64,000 nucleotides of DNA from Paraspadella gotoi (Eukaryota; Animalia; Chaetognatha): positions 7,376,103 to 7,440,102 of the forward strand of contig CM119264.1 in assembly GCA_051294375.1 (NCBI GenBank), written 5' to 3'. Position numbers and translations under genes: made by a program. Numbering within the stretch: the first letter of the stretch is position 1; each line of letters starts with the position of its first letter. Of the stretch, positions 27,806 through 40,037 are shown in pieces. The notes beneath the pieces are model-generated. The model was not told the origin of the DNA. It saw only the letters and a list, made by a program, of their open reading frames with translations, and made no database searches.

Positions 27806-29179
27806 NNNNNNNNNNNNNNNNNNNNNNNNNCATCGAGAGAGACCGGAGAGAGGGAGAGAAAAAAGGAGAGGAAGAGGGGAGAGCGAGAGAAGGAGGAGAG
27901 AGAGCAGAGAGACGAGGAGAGGCAGAGAGCAGAGACGGAGGGAGAGGAGACGACGAGAGAGGGCAGAGAAGATGGAAGAGACGAGAGAGAGAGGAGAGAG
28001 AGAGAGGAGGAGAGATCGAGAGAGAGCAGAGAGAAGAGAGAGAGTGAGAGAGGGATGCACGAGATGAGAGGAGGAGAGAGAGAGAGAGAGAGAGAAGAGA
28101 GACAGAGAGATAGAGAGATGAGAGGAGAACGGGGAGGAGAGGACGAGAAGATGGAGAGAGAGAGAGAAGAGATTGCCCGTAGAAACAGTGTAGAAAGGCA
28201 AGGACAGGAGTTCAATTACGGGGAAGGAAGGCGCTGACTCGCGAATTCTTCTTTTATCTCTCTTTTATTTTTATTCGAGTAAGATGAAGACGTTTGTGCT
28301 GTTGCTAGGATGTTTACGCTCGGAACAAAAGTGTGCAGAAGGAGAGTTTAAGGTCGACAGGTTTTCATCCAGTGCTTCTACCACGGATTCAACAACGAGT
28401 TTAAAATAAAGGTTTGATATAATTCAAAATTAGTAGTGATTTAAAACTTAATTGTTAATTACATTGTTATGTTAAACGAAAAACCAAGCTTCACAGAATG
28501 ACAAAACGACTCGCGCTGATTCGCAGAGAGAGTTTGCAGAAAAGTGGCCCATCCTAATTTTCCACTCGTGGATTTTCTCCAGTGGACCTCGATGATATCT
28601 TCGCTTGATTAGAGGGAGGGACTGGGAGGGCGACCGCCTACTGGAATCCATTCCAGGCTGAGACTGGGATTCCACACTCTCTTGGTGGAGATTTGCATTC
28701 AAACAATCATCGCTCAGGGGCGATTATGTTAATAGCGGACCGGCTGGACCGCTCTCTGTCGTTGGGTCTATGAGTCGGTCAGTCGGTCTGTGAGTTATAA
28801 AATATATCATTAATTATAAAATTTGGTCAGGTTGTTATGGAACCATTTGATCTTTTTCTCTCCGAGTTTACGCGGTCAATTTTGTGGTCATATTCTTCCT
28901 CTCAACTCAGAGGTCAAGGGGGCGACCATAGAGTACAGGGAACGAGTGGGTGAAGAAACTTGGCTAAAAAAATTTGACCTCTGAACCTCATTGCGACGGA
29001 GAAGGGGGAGCCGGGGGCGTGGAGGCTGACAATAACGATGACAAAGACGAATATGATGATAGTAAAGACAACACAGCTATGATGTTCCAACTTCCCGGTA
29101 AATAAATATAATAATATGTGGGTGAGTAATACTTATAATAATGGCAGATGGGGATAATTTATCAAAATCAAGAGAGAGG

Positions 29180-29227
<48 letters not shown>

Positions 29228-29590
29228 AAGATATTGTTAATAATAACAGATGTTAATATCATATATCATATATATTCAAAAGAGGAAAAGAAGGAGAGAG
29301 AGAGAAAAGAGAGAGTTATTGTTCAAATTGTAATAGTATCCTTAGCTGCAGAAAAAATCTCTTAGAAAAAAAAAAGTTTGAGCAAACAATGTCGAATCTG
29401 CCCACAATCATTATCGGTAATTAATTAATTAATAATTAAATAATTAATAATTAATTAATTAATTTATTTTTTTTTAATTAGGCAATTAATTAATTAATTT
29501 GATCCCAAATGTTTGTTTTTAGGTCTTTTCGTCACTAACCACGACAAAAGCAATGACGACGATGAGAATAATACAGATAATGATTGACTT

Positions 29591-29875
29591 TGTGGCTAAG
29601 GCGCTAAGTGGGCTGAAGATGACTATCCGTAACTTCTATAACCCCCTCTAGCAGCCATGGAACGGGTCCTGGGCTTGGAACCAGGCGTGAGGGTTTTCCA
29701 CGCCCCCAAGGCGGCTTACGGCCGTCCTCAACAATTCCCGCAGGGTAGGTACCGGGTTGGTACTGAACCCGGTACCTAGTGGTCATGAGCTGATGGCTTT
29801 ACTCAATGAGCCACCAGGTCACAACTGAAGGTGTCATGCTTAAAGGCGGGGTGAACTTTGCTATGCCCGACTACA
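29591..29875 (-). mobile_element. Solo LTR of family 1 with 4-bp TSD
   Basis: Reverse complement of 9957-10238. Begins TGTGG and ends CTACA. ACTT lies on both sides (29587-29590 and 29876-29879), while the homologous site in HINE copy 1 (~3846-3849) has a single AAGT. Confidence 0.9.
29662..29741 (-). ncRNA. Twister ribozyme, type-P5 permutation (solo LTR copy)
   Basis: Minus strand: GCGGG-AATTGTT-GAGGA-CGGCCG-TAA-GCC-GC-CTTGGGGG..CCCTCACG-CCTG-GTTCCAAGCC-CAGG-A-CCCGT. P2 is weak and P3 has one mismatch. Confidence 0.65.
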
Positions 29876-30579
29876 ACTTAATTGATTGACTGATTATTTA
29901 ATTATTGATTAATTATTTGTCTAATTGATTAATTAACTGATTAACTATTTTATTAATTAATACATCTGCATTTACATTTAATATAAAAAGAAAAAGAAGC
30001 ATAATCAATTTCATTTAAACTCATTTCCACTCAGACGATTCCATCGAAACTTGATTTCCAGCTTAATCACACACTTTCTTACCCACATACAAAATTTCAG
30101 GTCAATCGCCCCATCCACTCATGAGCAATTGCTTTTCAAATAGTGAAATATAATTTTTTTTCCATTTAAACTCATTTACGCTTGGACGATTCCATCGAAA
30201 CATAATATCCAGCTCAATCACACACTTCCCTACCCACAAACAAAATTTCATTCCAATTCATCCATCCAATCACTAGTAATTGGTGTTTTTTGCAAAGGTG
30301 GGACGGACAGACAGATGGACGGACGGACATCTTTTTTTGCATAATGTATCATAATTCGTTGTTTTGACATGATATAAGTGAGTGCCCGACAAGATTGAGG
30401 GGGCGGACCGACGGACCGACAAAGTGAATTATAGAGTCTGGATCTGCTGAAAAGCAGATCCGACTAAAAACTACATTTAATTTCCGCTTTCGTCTCGGGT
30501 TTACACGTTTTTGTTACTTACAACAAATGTTGACAAAATCGATTAATTCTTCATTTCGCTGCGATGAATTTTACTGAGG

Positions 30580-31519
30580 ATGCTGCGGACAACGTTGTCG
30601 GCTGCGCTGCTGAGAAGGTTGACGGGGATGCTGCTGGCCATGGGGTCGTGGTCACAAAATGTACAGACAGCGATTCAGAAATCGGCCATGGCGTTTTTGC
30701 AATGCGAACGAGGTACTGTTTACATTTTACTGCTAAATTCAAAGTTGTAAATTTATAGTCAATTTTAAAATAATAAGTTTGATATTTCGCTGATTCCTCT
30801 AACGTTTATTTTCGCTTTTGACGTTCAATATCTTTGATATTATTCAAGACTGTTTAAACTCTGTGTTATCAACTTTCTATCGATGGTTTCAAAGTATTTT
30901 TAATCACTCTATTCCCTGTCATCAGGGGATCTGATCAATTTAACCAACACGACCGCGACAGCGACGTCCCAGTATAACCATGTATTAACTGCATCTGCTC
31001 TGCCGTGCCACAACAACCGCTACGGCTGGCACAGCGCTCTCCATCCCCCGCCGCAGTCGGTCTTCTTCCGTCTGCCCCGGGCGACCGTCGTGAGGAAAAT
31101 CGCCTTCAAGCCGGGAATGAATTGCGCGAGGAACTGGCTGGAAATCGCTCCTGGATCAAGTCTATCAATGGCACGATATCACTTCGTCCTTTGCCGACCG
31201 CAAGATCCAAATTGGCGAATCCCTGAATGACCTCAACGCGAGTCGTAGAGCGATTGCGCCAGTGACCACGTTGCCATCGTACCGGTCGCGAGAAGAGAGC
31301 AGCCTTCGCGTGCTTATCCATCGAAGTGGAACCGAGGTTCGTCTGAATCCCGGTAACCCTTTCGGCGCCACGTTTCTCGGCCGTATATTGACGAATGTGA
31401 CGCAGACGACCGTATGTGGAGAGCACTTGGATTATTTTAGGTGTGTAAATCATCAATGCTTTGCTGGTGAAACTAGAGCTTTGGGTTATGGACGAGCCAG
31501 CAAGTCAAAAATAATGTGA
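30580..31519 (+). CDS. Two-exon gene or pseudogene with a discoidin/F5-8 type C (galactose-binding-like) domain
   Basis: Exon 30580-30712 (MLRTTLSAALL...QCER) joins in phase to an exon from 30926: GDLINLTNTTATATSQYN...GWHSALHPPPQSVFFRLPRATVVRKIAFKP, resembling the ATASS..W.S..PQ.I.F.L....V..I.F pattern. This frame stops at ~31229; a shifted frame continues QWHDITS...SYR... to 31519. Confidence 0.5.
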
Positions 31520-32129
31520 GGTTCAGGCTGTTTTATCATGAGTTTCAAAAATATCATTGAATTCATGGTTTTCTTTAGTTTAATACTATATCGTTATATT
31601 TACAAGATACTAAGTATTTTACTCAGCCCTTACGCTGATACTTTCACTTGACGTTTTGTTCACAAAAAAAAATAAAAAAACCTTTTATAGTCCAATCCAT
31701 TGCGTAATGTGTAAACTCTTTTTCGTTTCAGTGGCGTTTGAGATAAAAATAGATAACACGAATTTGTTTTGGTCAACTCGACACAGATTTTATTTTTCTT
31801 ACAAAAATAAACATGTTCCGTATTATTTTGTACACAATAAAAGTCTTTAACCGTTGACAAAACAAAACTCGTTTATTCTATTAATCACTTAAAATCAATC
31901 GGCGTGCAAATAAACCTAAAAGATAATTATTGTCACAATCCTCTTCATGTAAATGATTCTATTTATAGCGACCAAAAAAATAGATAATTTCCTATACACA
32001 GAGGAAAAAAGAAAGTGACTATATGAAAATATAAGGACGAAATAAGAGCAACAAGAGATCGAAAATAGAAGCGAAATGAGTTCGTTTTCGGTGAATGATG
32101 GCGGAAGTTAATCTCCGCTATCGAGTCGT

Positions 32130-32189
<60 letters not shown>

Positions 32190-33533
32190 CGTAATAAAAA
32201 GGAGTCATTAAAGTTTCACTCTGATAAGCAAAACATTGTTCAAATAAAATCTCGTATCGGTACAAATTTTTTTTATCAAACGAAGAGGGAGTTTATGTGA
32301 AGGAAAGGGACGACTTGTGAGTTAGGCTGTGATTTCACAATTGAAGGGTGTGTTCGTGAAACGGAGAGCGGAATCAAAGTTAGTATTATGGAGATTGAGA
32401 GTCAGCTTAGCTAAACGGAATTTTAGATCAGAGCGTCCGAGGATGGAAAGAAGAACAGCTTCCGGTTGGACCGATCTGTTAGTTCGAGTCGAGTCAAGTG
32501 AATTTTCGAATAAGATAACATACTTATGAAACATCTCCTTATTATTGTCTCCGCGATGACTAATGATCAAAGGCCTAAGAATTGCCTTTGTTAAGTCTCC
32601 TCCACGGTTCACTTCCTCAATAGTACCACTCGACATCCAATGTGACCAGAAAATGACTTAGCCGACTTTCAAGTTCCTCTAGGATTCAAACGAGAGACGG
32701 ATTCTCTTGTATTAATCAGGCTTCGTTTTCCTTCGTTCTCTTCGCTTCGATGTACTTTTCGCCCCGAAGGGAAAGTGGGGGGGATTCNNNNNNNNNNNNN
32801 NNNNNNNNNNNNNNNNNNNNNNNNNNNNNNNNNNNNNNNNNNNNNNNNNNNNNNNNNNNNNNNNNNNNNNNNNNNNNNNNNNNNNNNNNNNNNNNNNNNN
32901 NNNNNNNNNNNNNNNNNNNNNAAAAACGACGTCGTTTTTTCATAACCGAGAGGAACTCATAGAGCTCATTGGACGGGGCAGCTCGAGCCTGAGAGTAGAG
33001 AAAGGGGGATGATTGGACGGAAATAAATGGAAAGAAGAAATCGAAGACGAAAGAAAATATAAGGGAATTGTTNNNNNNNNNNNNNNNNNNNNNNNNNNNN
33101 NNNNNNNNNNNNNNNNNNNNNNNNNNNNNNNNNNNNNNNNNNNNNNNNNNNNNNNNNNNNNNNNNNNNNNNNNNNNNNNNNNNNNNNNNNNNNNNNNNNN
33201 NNNNNNNNNNNNNNNNNNNNNNNNNNNNNNNNNNNNNNNNNNNNNNNNNNNNNNNNNNNNNNNNNNNNNNNNNNNNNNNNNNNNNNNNNNNNNNNNNNNN
33301 NNNNNNNNNNNNNNNNNNNNNNNNNNNNNGAATAGAATAGAATGGAGCGAGGATTTCATCGCTGACCTCGAAACAAAGATTTGACTTTAGAACGAGGCCA
33401 TATCACGCCTTTTCTCAAGCTTAGCAAGAATCGAAAATTGACGCGCACCGGAGCGGTCAGCGTCACGAGNNNNNNNNNNNNNNNNNNNNNNNNNAAAGAA
33501 GAGATAAGAAATTAAGAATTAAATTTAGCCTTA

Positions 33534-33898
33534 TGTGGCGGGAAGCAGGGATGCCTGATAGCTCAGAGGTGAACCTCAGGCTATTGAGGGGTGGAGGAGG
33601 CTCTGATGATGCAGGCTAGGGTGTGGCATATATAAAAAGGAGGCCTTAGGGTAGGGTTAAGGGCTAAGGAAGTGGTCTTCTGCAGATTCACCACCAGGGA
33701 AACTGGTGGAGGTATAGGTTAAGGTTGAGCAAGAAGTTACACGAGCTTGGGTAAGGTTAGGGGAAAGGCTGCTCGGTAACAAAAAGCTCACGTTAGGTTA
33801 GGGCTTAGGTTAAGATATCCACACCAGGAAACTGATAAGATAAGGTTGTTTAAGGGCCATCGTTTAGGTAAGGGTTAGTGAGAGCTTTGCTAGCTGCA
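33534..33898 (+). mobile_element. Candidate solo LTR (third family)
   Basis: GC-richer 365-bp island beginning TGTGGC and ending GCTGCA, with TATATAAAAAGG at ~33629 and hairpins (CCACCAG-GGAAA-CTGGTGG). No TSD and no second copy in the window. Confidence 0.35.
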
Positions 33899-36128
33899 AA
33901 GATAAATTGCCTTCCATCTAATTTCGCACTTTGCAATCACTTGTAAGGCTTTAAAACAATATCTGGTTTAATTACGATTTAAAATCGCGCTTAGACAGTT
34001 ATTTTTTTAAACCAGATAAGTAAAAATTTTATTAAAAATTAGTAACTAGTTTGGATCGGCAATTTGCTTAAAAAATATGAAGTTTTAACTTGAACGCCTT
34101 TGTAATAAATTATAACGCTTATTTATAAACAATATAAAAATGTAATTTAGGTTATTGGTAACTTATTTTTGATTAATTAGTATGCTTGCTATATAATCAT
34201 CCTATAGCTATATATCAAAATGTCCGAATTTTTAAAATACCGAGTTGCTTTCAACTCAAAAACGGCGTGAATATCATAATGAGTCTAATCCGGAAACTTT
34301 TATTTGAATCTTTTCCTCCACTAAATGGAACAAGAAACTTCGCAGGTATCAGGAACTTTCATAAAATGTCTGATATTCGGGGACCTCTTGGGACGACGAG
34401 AATATGGAAAGAAGAATCGAAGACGAAAAGACAAATATAAGTAATTGTTGAAAAACAACGAAGAAATTCGGCTGATTCAGTGAATACCGGGTGGTATTTC
34501 AGTGGAGTGGTTGAAGTGGTGGTTTCGAAAAAAAGTAGATAAGAATAGGAAAATAGAAGAATAGATGAATAGAATGGACGGAGGGATTTTATCACTGACC
34601 TCGAAACAAAGATTCTTATTCTATTTTTTTAGAATCTTTATGTTATTATTACGTCTTTTTTTTTTTTCCCTTTTCTCAAGCTCTACGAAAGAAGTCGAAA
34701 ATTGACGCGCACCGGAGCGGTCAGCGTCACGAGGCGTGGCGCTGAGTGTGACAAGAATCGTCTCGCAGCGTGCAGCGCGTCGGTTTTGACTTAGGACGAT
34801 GGGATACGGTGACGGCGGAATCAGGGCGTGACGGTCAAGGGAATTTGGACTCGGAAGTGAATCTCAATGAAGGAAATTGGTTCGGCGACGGCCAAACCGC
34901 GAGGCCGTGACGACTGGCGATTGGCTAATGGCAAAGAGCGATTCGAGAATGACTATTGGCGATTGTGTAATGGCAAAGACCGACTCGTGAGTAGCAAATG
35001 AAGATTGACTAATGGCAAAGACCGAATATCGAATCGCCAACGACGGTTATCAAAAGACAAAGGAATAGTATCAATTCGTTTGGAAACAAAACGGCCGCGT
35101 TGTATTTTGGTAGCTGAAAAAAAAGTTATTACTTACTGTCATTTCCATCCAACTAAATTAACATTATTTACGTAATTCTCTCGGGCTTGGTCCTTGAAAA
35201 AGGATTCCAGTTGTGGCCTTGGGCGATTTTTACTCTTTAGTTTCTGGCGTAAATTTGAATTTGAATTTTTTTTCTCTTTTTTTTCCTTTTTCTTTTTGCT
35301 TTTGAACTTCTCCTTTTTCAGTTTGTTCTCGAGATATTTCCATTTTTCCTGTGGCATGTATTCTCTTCCGCGGTTTTTCATTTTTTAGTTTGTATTTTTT
35401 TTTCGCAACAATCACTCGATCCATTCTAACGCCACTGTAACTGTAACGATTTAAATCAAATTATATTTATGTTAGTAATTTGCTACCAAACGTTAGGCAT
35501 AGTGTAACGTTTTAATTATTTTAATTCCTATCGTTTTTCTACTCACGTTTTCTCTTCCAAGTTTACAAGGTTTTTAATTCGTTTTTTTTTCCTATTGTTT
35601 TTTTTATTTTCTCTTGTTTCTTTTTCCCCATTTTTTTTTCTTTCTTGATTTATTCTTCGAGTTTCGTCCTTTGTCGCTCGCGGCCTCTTCCGTCGGCGTC
35701 TGTCTCCGTCGTTTCCCCACCAGGGTTTCCCCGCCAGCGTCCTCTACCAGCGTCTCCCGCCATTAACTCCCCCCCCAGGGTCTCCTGGTCTCCCCGCCAA
35801 CGTCTTCCGGCACGCCTTCTTGCGGGTCGAAAGACGCATGTTCGTGGCGCGAGTTCTCCGTGAGACGCATCCATCACCACTACGCCCGTTGCGAAATGTC
35901 GGCGCTGAGTGGCGCCCCGCAGCTGTGTCGAGAAAAGGCGACGCGAGGGTGGAATCGAAGAAAGCGGAGTGGCGGGGACGTTTGAAAAAAAGGTGGTGTT
36001 TGGGTGAGGGAGAGCGGGCCAACAGTTGACGCCGTCGCGTTTTGTAACAGCCGGAAGCAGAACGAGTAGCTTTGATGAAACAAACGATATGGAATTGGGG
36101 AGGATGGAATCTCTCTCTCTCTGCTCTC

Positions 36129-36159
<31 letters not shown>

Positions 36160-39100
36160 TTTTTCAGGATTTAATACATAAGTGAAAAATCTATTCTAGT
36201 TGTCTTTGTTGAGTCGTCGTCGTCGTCGTCGTCGTCGTCGGCGTCGTCGTCCCCGACCTTTTCACCCAGCGCAACCCGTTTTCCTTCGAAAACTTTAAAG
36301 AACATATTTTTTTTCCCGTTTCGCGTCGCCGGTCTTGTTTTTTAACCCCTCGTTTGTTTATTTACTCGCAAAGTCATCATTTCTGCTACTTTTTTCACTC
36401 TTTTTTTTACCAACTTTTTTCTCCACTATATTTTATTTTACTTTTTTTTTCTTCTTCCTAACGACCTCGTTAAAATCGATGCGAGTTTTTTTGAGTTTCG
36501 CTTCGCCGACCGAGTCTTGCGCGCGTCAAGAGAGAGAAAAATCGTTAGGACTTTGCAATAAACATTTATATTTAAATTAGTTTTTAATCGACAAAAAAAA
36601 AAAAAACTCTCATTTTTGCGCCATTGATTGAAAATTTATGTACCGTGAAGTTTGGTTATAACGAGAGTTGGTGAAAAAAAAATAACGCTCAACGAGTATT
36701 GAATTAAAATTTGCGTTTTAAGCGCACTCCGGCATTCTTGTACTCCCTTTATCCCCCAGCGCTCTTAGCGCCGTGTCTTTTTCGAACACATACGTCATTC
36801 GAATATTCATTACAGTGGATTCAATCAAAAATGCACATTTGACTAATCAATAAATCAAATTTAAATAACTTCGGTATTTTAGGACTTTATGATTTCATAT
36901 TTAGACTGATTTTTTTTCCTTTCTTTTTTACCATCCTATTTCATTGATCATTCTTGTCTTTTAAAGTGACATTCTACATCCTCGCATCCCCGCTCTGACC
37001 CCATTATGCTTTTACCTTCGTCTCATCCTCTCCTTTCACTAACCTCCCCATTGCCACTCTCACCGCCCTTCTTATTCTTCCTTACCTTTTATCTCTTTTC
37101 TTTTTTCTTAGTCTGAAGACTAAACTCTCTTTATCTTTCCCATTTCATTTGCATTTACTAGTCCCTTTCCTCGTTTTTTCCCTTGTTATAACTAATTTTT
37201 GGCCTATTATTTATCATGTGTTTTTCTTAATATTTTTGGTTTTGGTTTTGTTTGACAAAAAGAAAAATATAAGTCATGATACAATACATAACAGAAACAA
37301 TGAAAAAAAACATACTATTATTACATAACCAAAAAAATTCATACCTAATTCATACATAAATCACGCTTGAAAGCATTAAAAAAAATAGTGATTTACCTCT
37401 TTACCAAATTCAAATACGCTAAAAGATAGAACTTTCTTATCGACTCGCAGTATTGACTGACAGACAGATTTAATGCCAGCGAAAGAAAAGATTAAAATAG
37501 AAAGAGAAGAATAGAAAGATTTAAAAAAAAAAAACTAAAAACGTGAAGGAAAAAGAAAGAAAGAGAAAGAAAAAATAAAGAGAAAAGAAGAGAAGAAAAA
37601 AAAATAAACGTACAAAAAAGTGAATGAAAGTAAATCTAAAAGAATAAGGAAAAGTGAAAAGTAAAAGGAGTAGTTTATTCAAATACAAAAGACGTCGTTT
37701 ATCGACCTCAACTTTCTTGGAAGCAAATTTCAAAACCAAAGTCACGTTTTTTTAATTTAAATTTTCTTTTTAATAGAGATGAAATTCAAGAATGGGAAGA
37801 TTGACGTCAAATGAGCAACTCGTTTTCAACGTTTTGGTAGTAATTAATTCCCCGGCAAAAAGAAAAAAAACAATTAAGAATAATTGAATGGTTTTGACGT
37901 CTGACTCAGATAATTTTTTTTTTTTAATCGGAGAGTTTTCGATGATAGATAACCAGTTTTACGTCATGACGGATGGGCTACGTTAAAAACCGGCTACAAA
38001 TGTTTCTCTCGAAAACGTGACCTCTTTCGCTGACGAGCCCATAGAAAAAATTGTTGCTTTGCTTAGTTAAAAAAAAAACACCTTTTCTCCTCAAAAGACA
38101 TACTACGTAGAATCAAAACAAAGGCTGACAAGGTCAAAAAGAACAGGTTTAAAATATTCGCGCTCTGTTCGAGGTTCCAGTTCCAGTCCGAGTGGCGATG
38201 TGAGCGGGTCTCGTCGTCCTCGCAATTTTCTAAAACCAGTCGGGGCGGAATATTTTTAAATTCGGTGATAAATTATGAGAAAATATTTAAGAAAACATAT
38301 TTTCATTTTCACAACGATATAAGAAAATAAAGAAATAAAGAAACAAAGAAACAAAGAAACAAAGAGACAAAGAAAGAAGGAGAGAAAGAAAGATTGAAAG
38401 AGAGAAGGAAGTACCAAAAAAAAAAAATAAATAAAAGAAAGTAGACGAGAGAATAAAAAGAAAGAAAAATAATAGGATAAAAAAAAGGAAAGATAAAAAC
38501 GATGGAGAGGCAAGCAATTAAATATAATAATATTCAGATACAACTAATACGATCTATCATTCTATGAATTCTCTGAAAACATTTCCGATGTCATTGAATC
38601 GAATAACCTCTGCCAATGACGACGAAATCTGGTTTTCAAGTCGGTCTCATCCACAACTGGAACACACGTCAAGTCACGTTTCAATCCAAACAGGAGTTTA
38701 ACGTCCGAACGGCGACGTCGAGTCGGGTCGACCATGACATTTCGACATTTTGAGAAAACGCGTGATAGATTTAATAGATTTAATTTATGCAGACGATGAT
38801 AATTTATGATGAAAATGTTGAAGGATTTTCCTTAAGGAAAAACATTAGCGACGTGAGCACTAGAGTGGAAAGATGAAAATATTGAGCGATGGTTTTTAGG
38901 TTAAAGCTGTCAAAAATGACCAAAACGTATTTTCACATAATAGTTTCAGAGCGTGAAAAGGTGAAGAATTTTGACCTTTTTTCAATTTTTGACGCTGAAG
39001 ACTTAAAAATTTTTGATAAAATATTTTAGATTTTTTATATAACTTTTTATGAAGAATCGGAATCTTTAATAACATTTTTTTAAAAATTATTTTGAAAATC

Positions 39101-40037
39101 TATTATTTTATAAGGATATTACTATAAATATATTGTGTATATACTCTCTTTTTGTTGTTTTTGAAGTATTAGGAGAAAAACAGTTTTGCTTTGACAACGA
39201 TTTATTTGACATAATTAGCCAATGGCTGATACTGTTAACCAAACAATATAAGTAAAATATTTTTTGTACTTTTTAAATATGCTATTTCACATGTAAATCT
39301 CCTTGTTTGTTGAGTCAAATAAATTTTTTGTTCCCCAGTGCTCCACTCTAGTGAGCACATCACTCAAATTTATTTTCATTTCATACGTAAATGAAACACT
39401 TTCGGAGTTTTCTTTCTTTAATTTTTCAATTTCTTCGGCTCTATCTTGCTGTCACTGTTGCTCGCGACAGTTTGACCCTTTATCCATTAACTTCAGATCG
39501 CACGATTGAAGAGAAATAAAGGAATGAATAAAATGGTAATATGAAGAGAAAAATAGATGTTATACATGTTCATCCATGTTTTATTCTCATATTCTCCTCT
39601 TTCCACTTCTCCCTTTTTCTTTTTTTTTGGGGGGGGTCAGTTTTATCCATATCTCCCTCTCCTCTTCCTCCTCCTTTCCTTTTTCATTCTTGCAGTTTTG
39701 AACTTGTTACTTGTTTGTCTTCTTTTTATTGCCAAGGTCTTCGTTTCTCTTAAGTCTTTCTCTTCCGCTTCCTCTTCCAGCCATCTCGATATAAAAACGC
39801 GATGATCCAGAATTCTTGAAATCTTTATCAAGAATCCAGAGGTGTATATTAAAAAAAAAAATAACAGAAAAATATTGAAAAGTAAAAAAACTTGTTCTTA
39901 GCAAATTCTATTATATACTTGATAATATTTATAATAATTTAAATTAAAGAAATACAAATTTCATCTAATAAAAGTATTATTTGGTAAAATATACATCTTT
40001 GAATTTTTTTTGACTGAAAAGCTTTACGAAAGCGGCA

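Larger units (their letters stand above)
29366..30470 (-). mobile_element. Helentron/DINE-1-like element, copy 3, interrupted by a solo LTR
   Basis: A-run, GTTTGAGCAAAC hairpin (29376-29387), subTIR GTCGAATCTGC, (GGAC)n at ~30301-30329, terminal GGATCTGCT-GAAA-AGCAGATCC-GACTAAAAA (30440-30470). Confidence 0.78.

Noticed and set aside
28283-28780. Possible coding exons (MKTFVLLLG...; ..RATAYWNPF..)
   Set aside because: Stops in all frames, indel-prone context and no recognisable family.
32942-33469. Direct repeat of ~34350-34732
   Set aside because: Fragmentary, bounded by N-gaps and indel-rich; most likely a redundant contig end.
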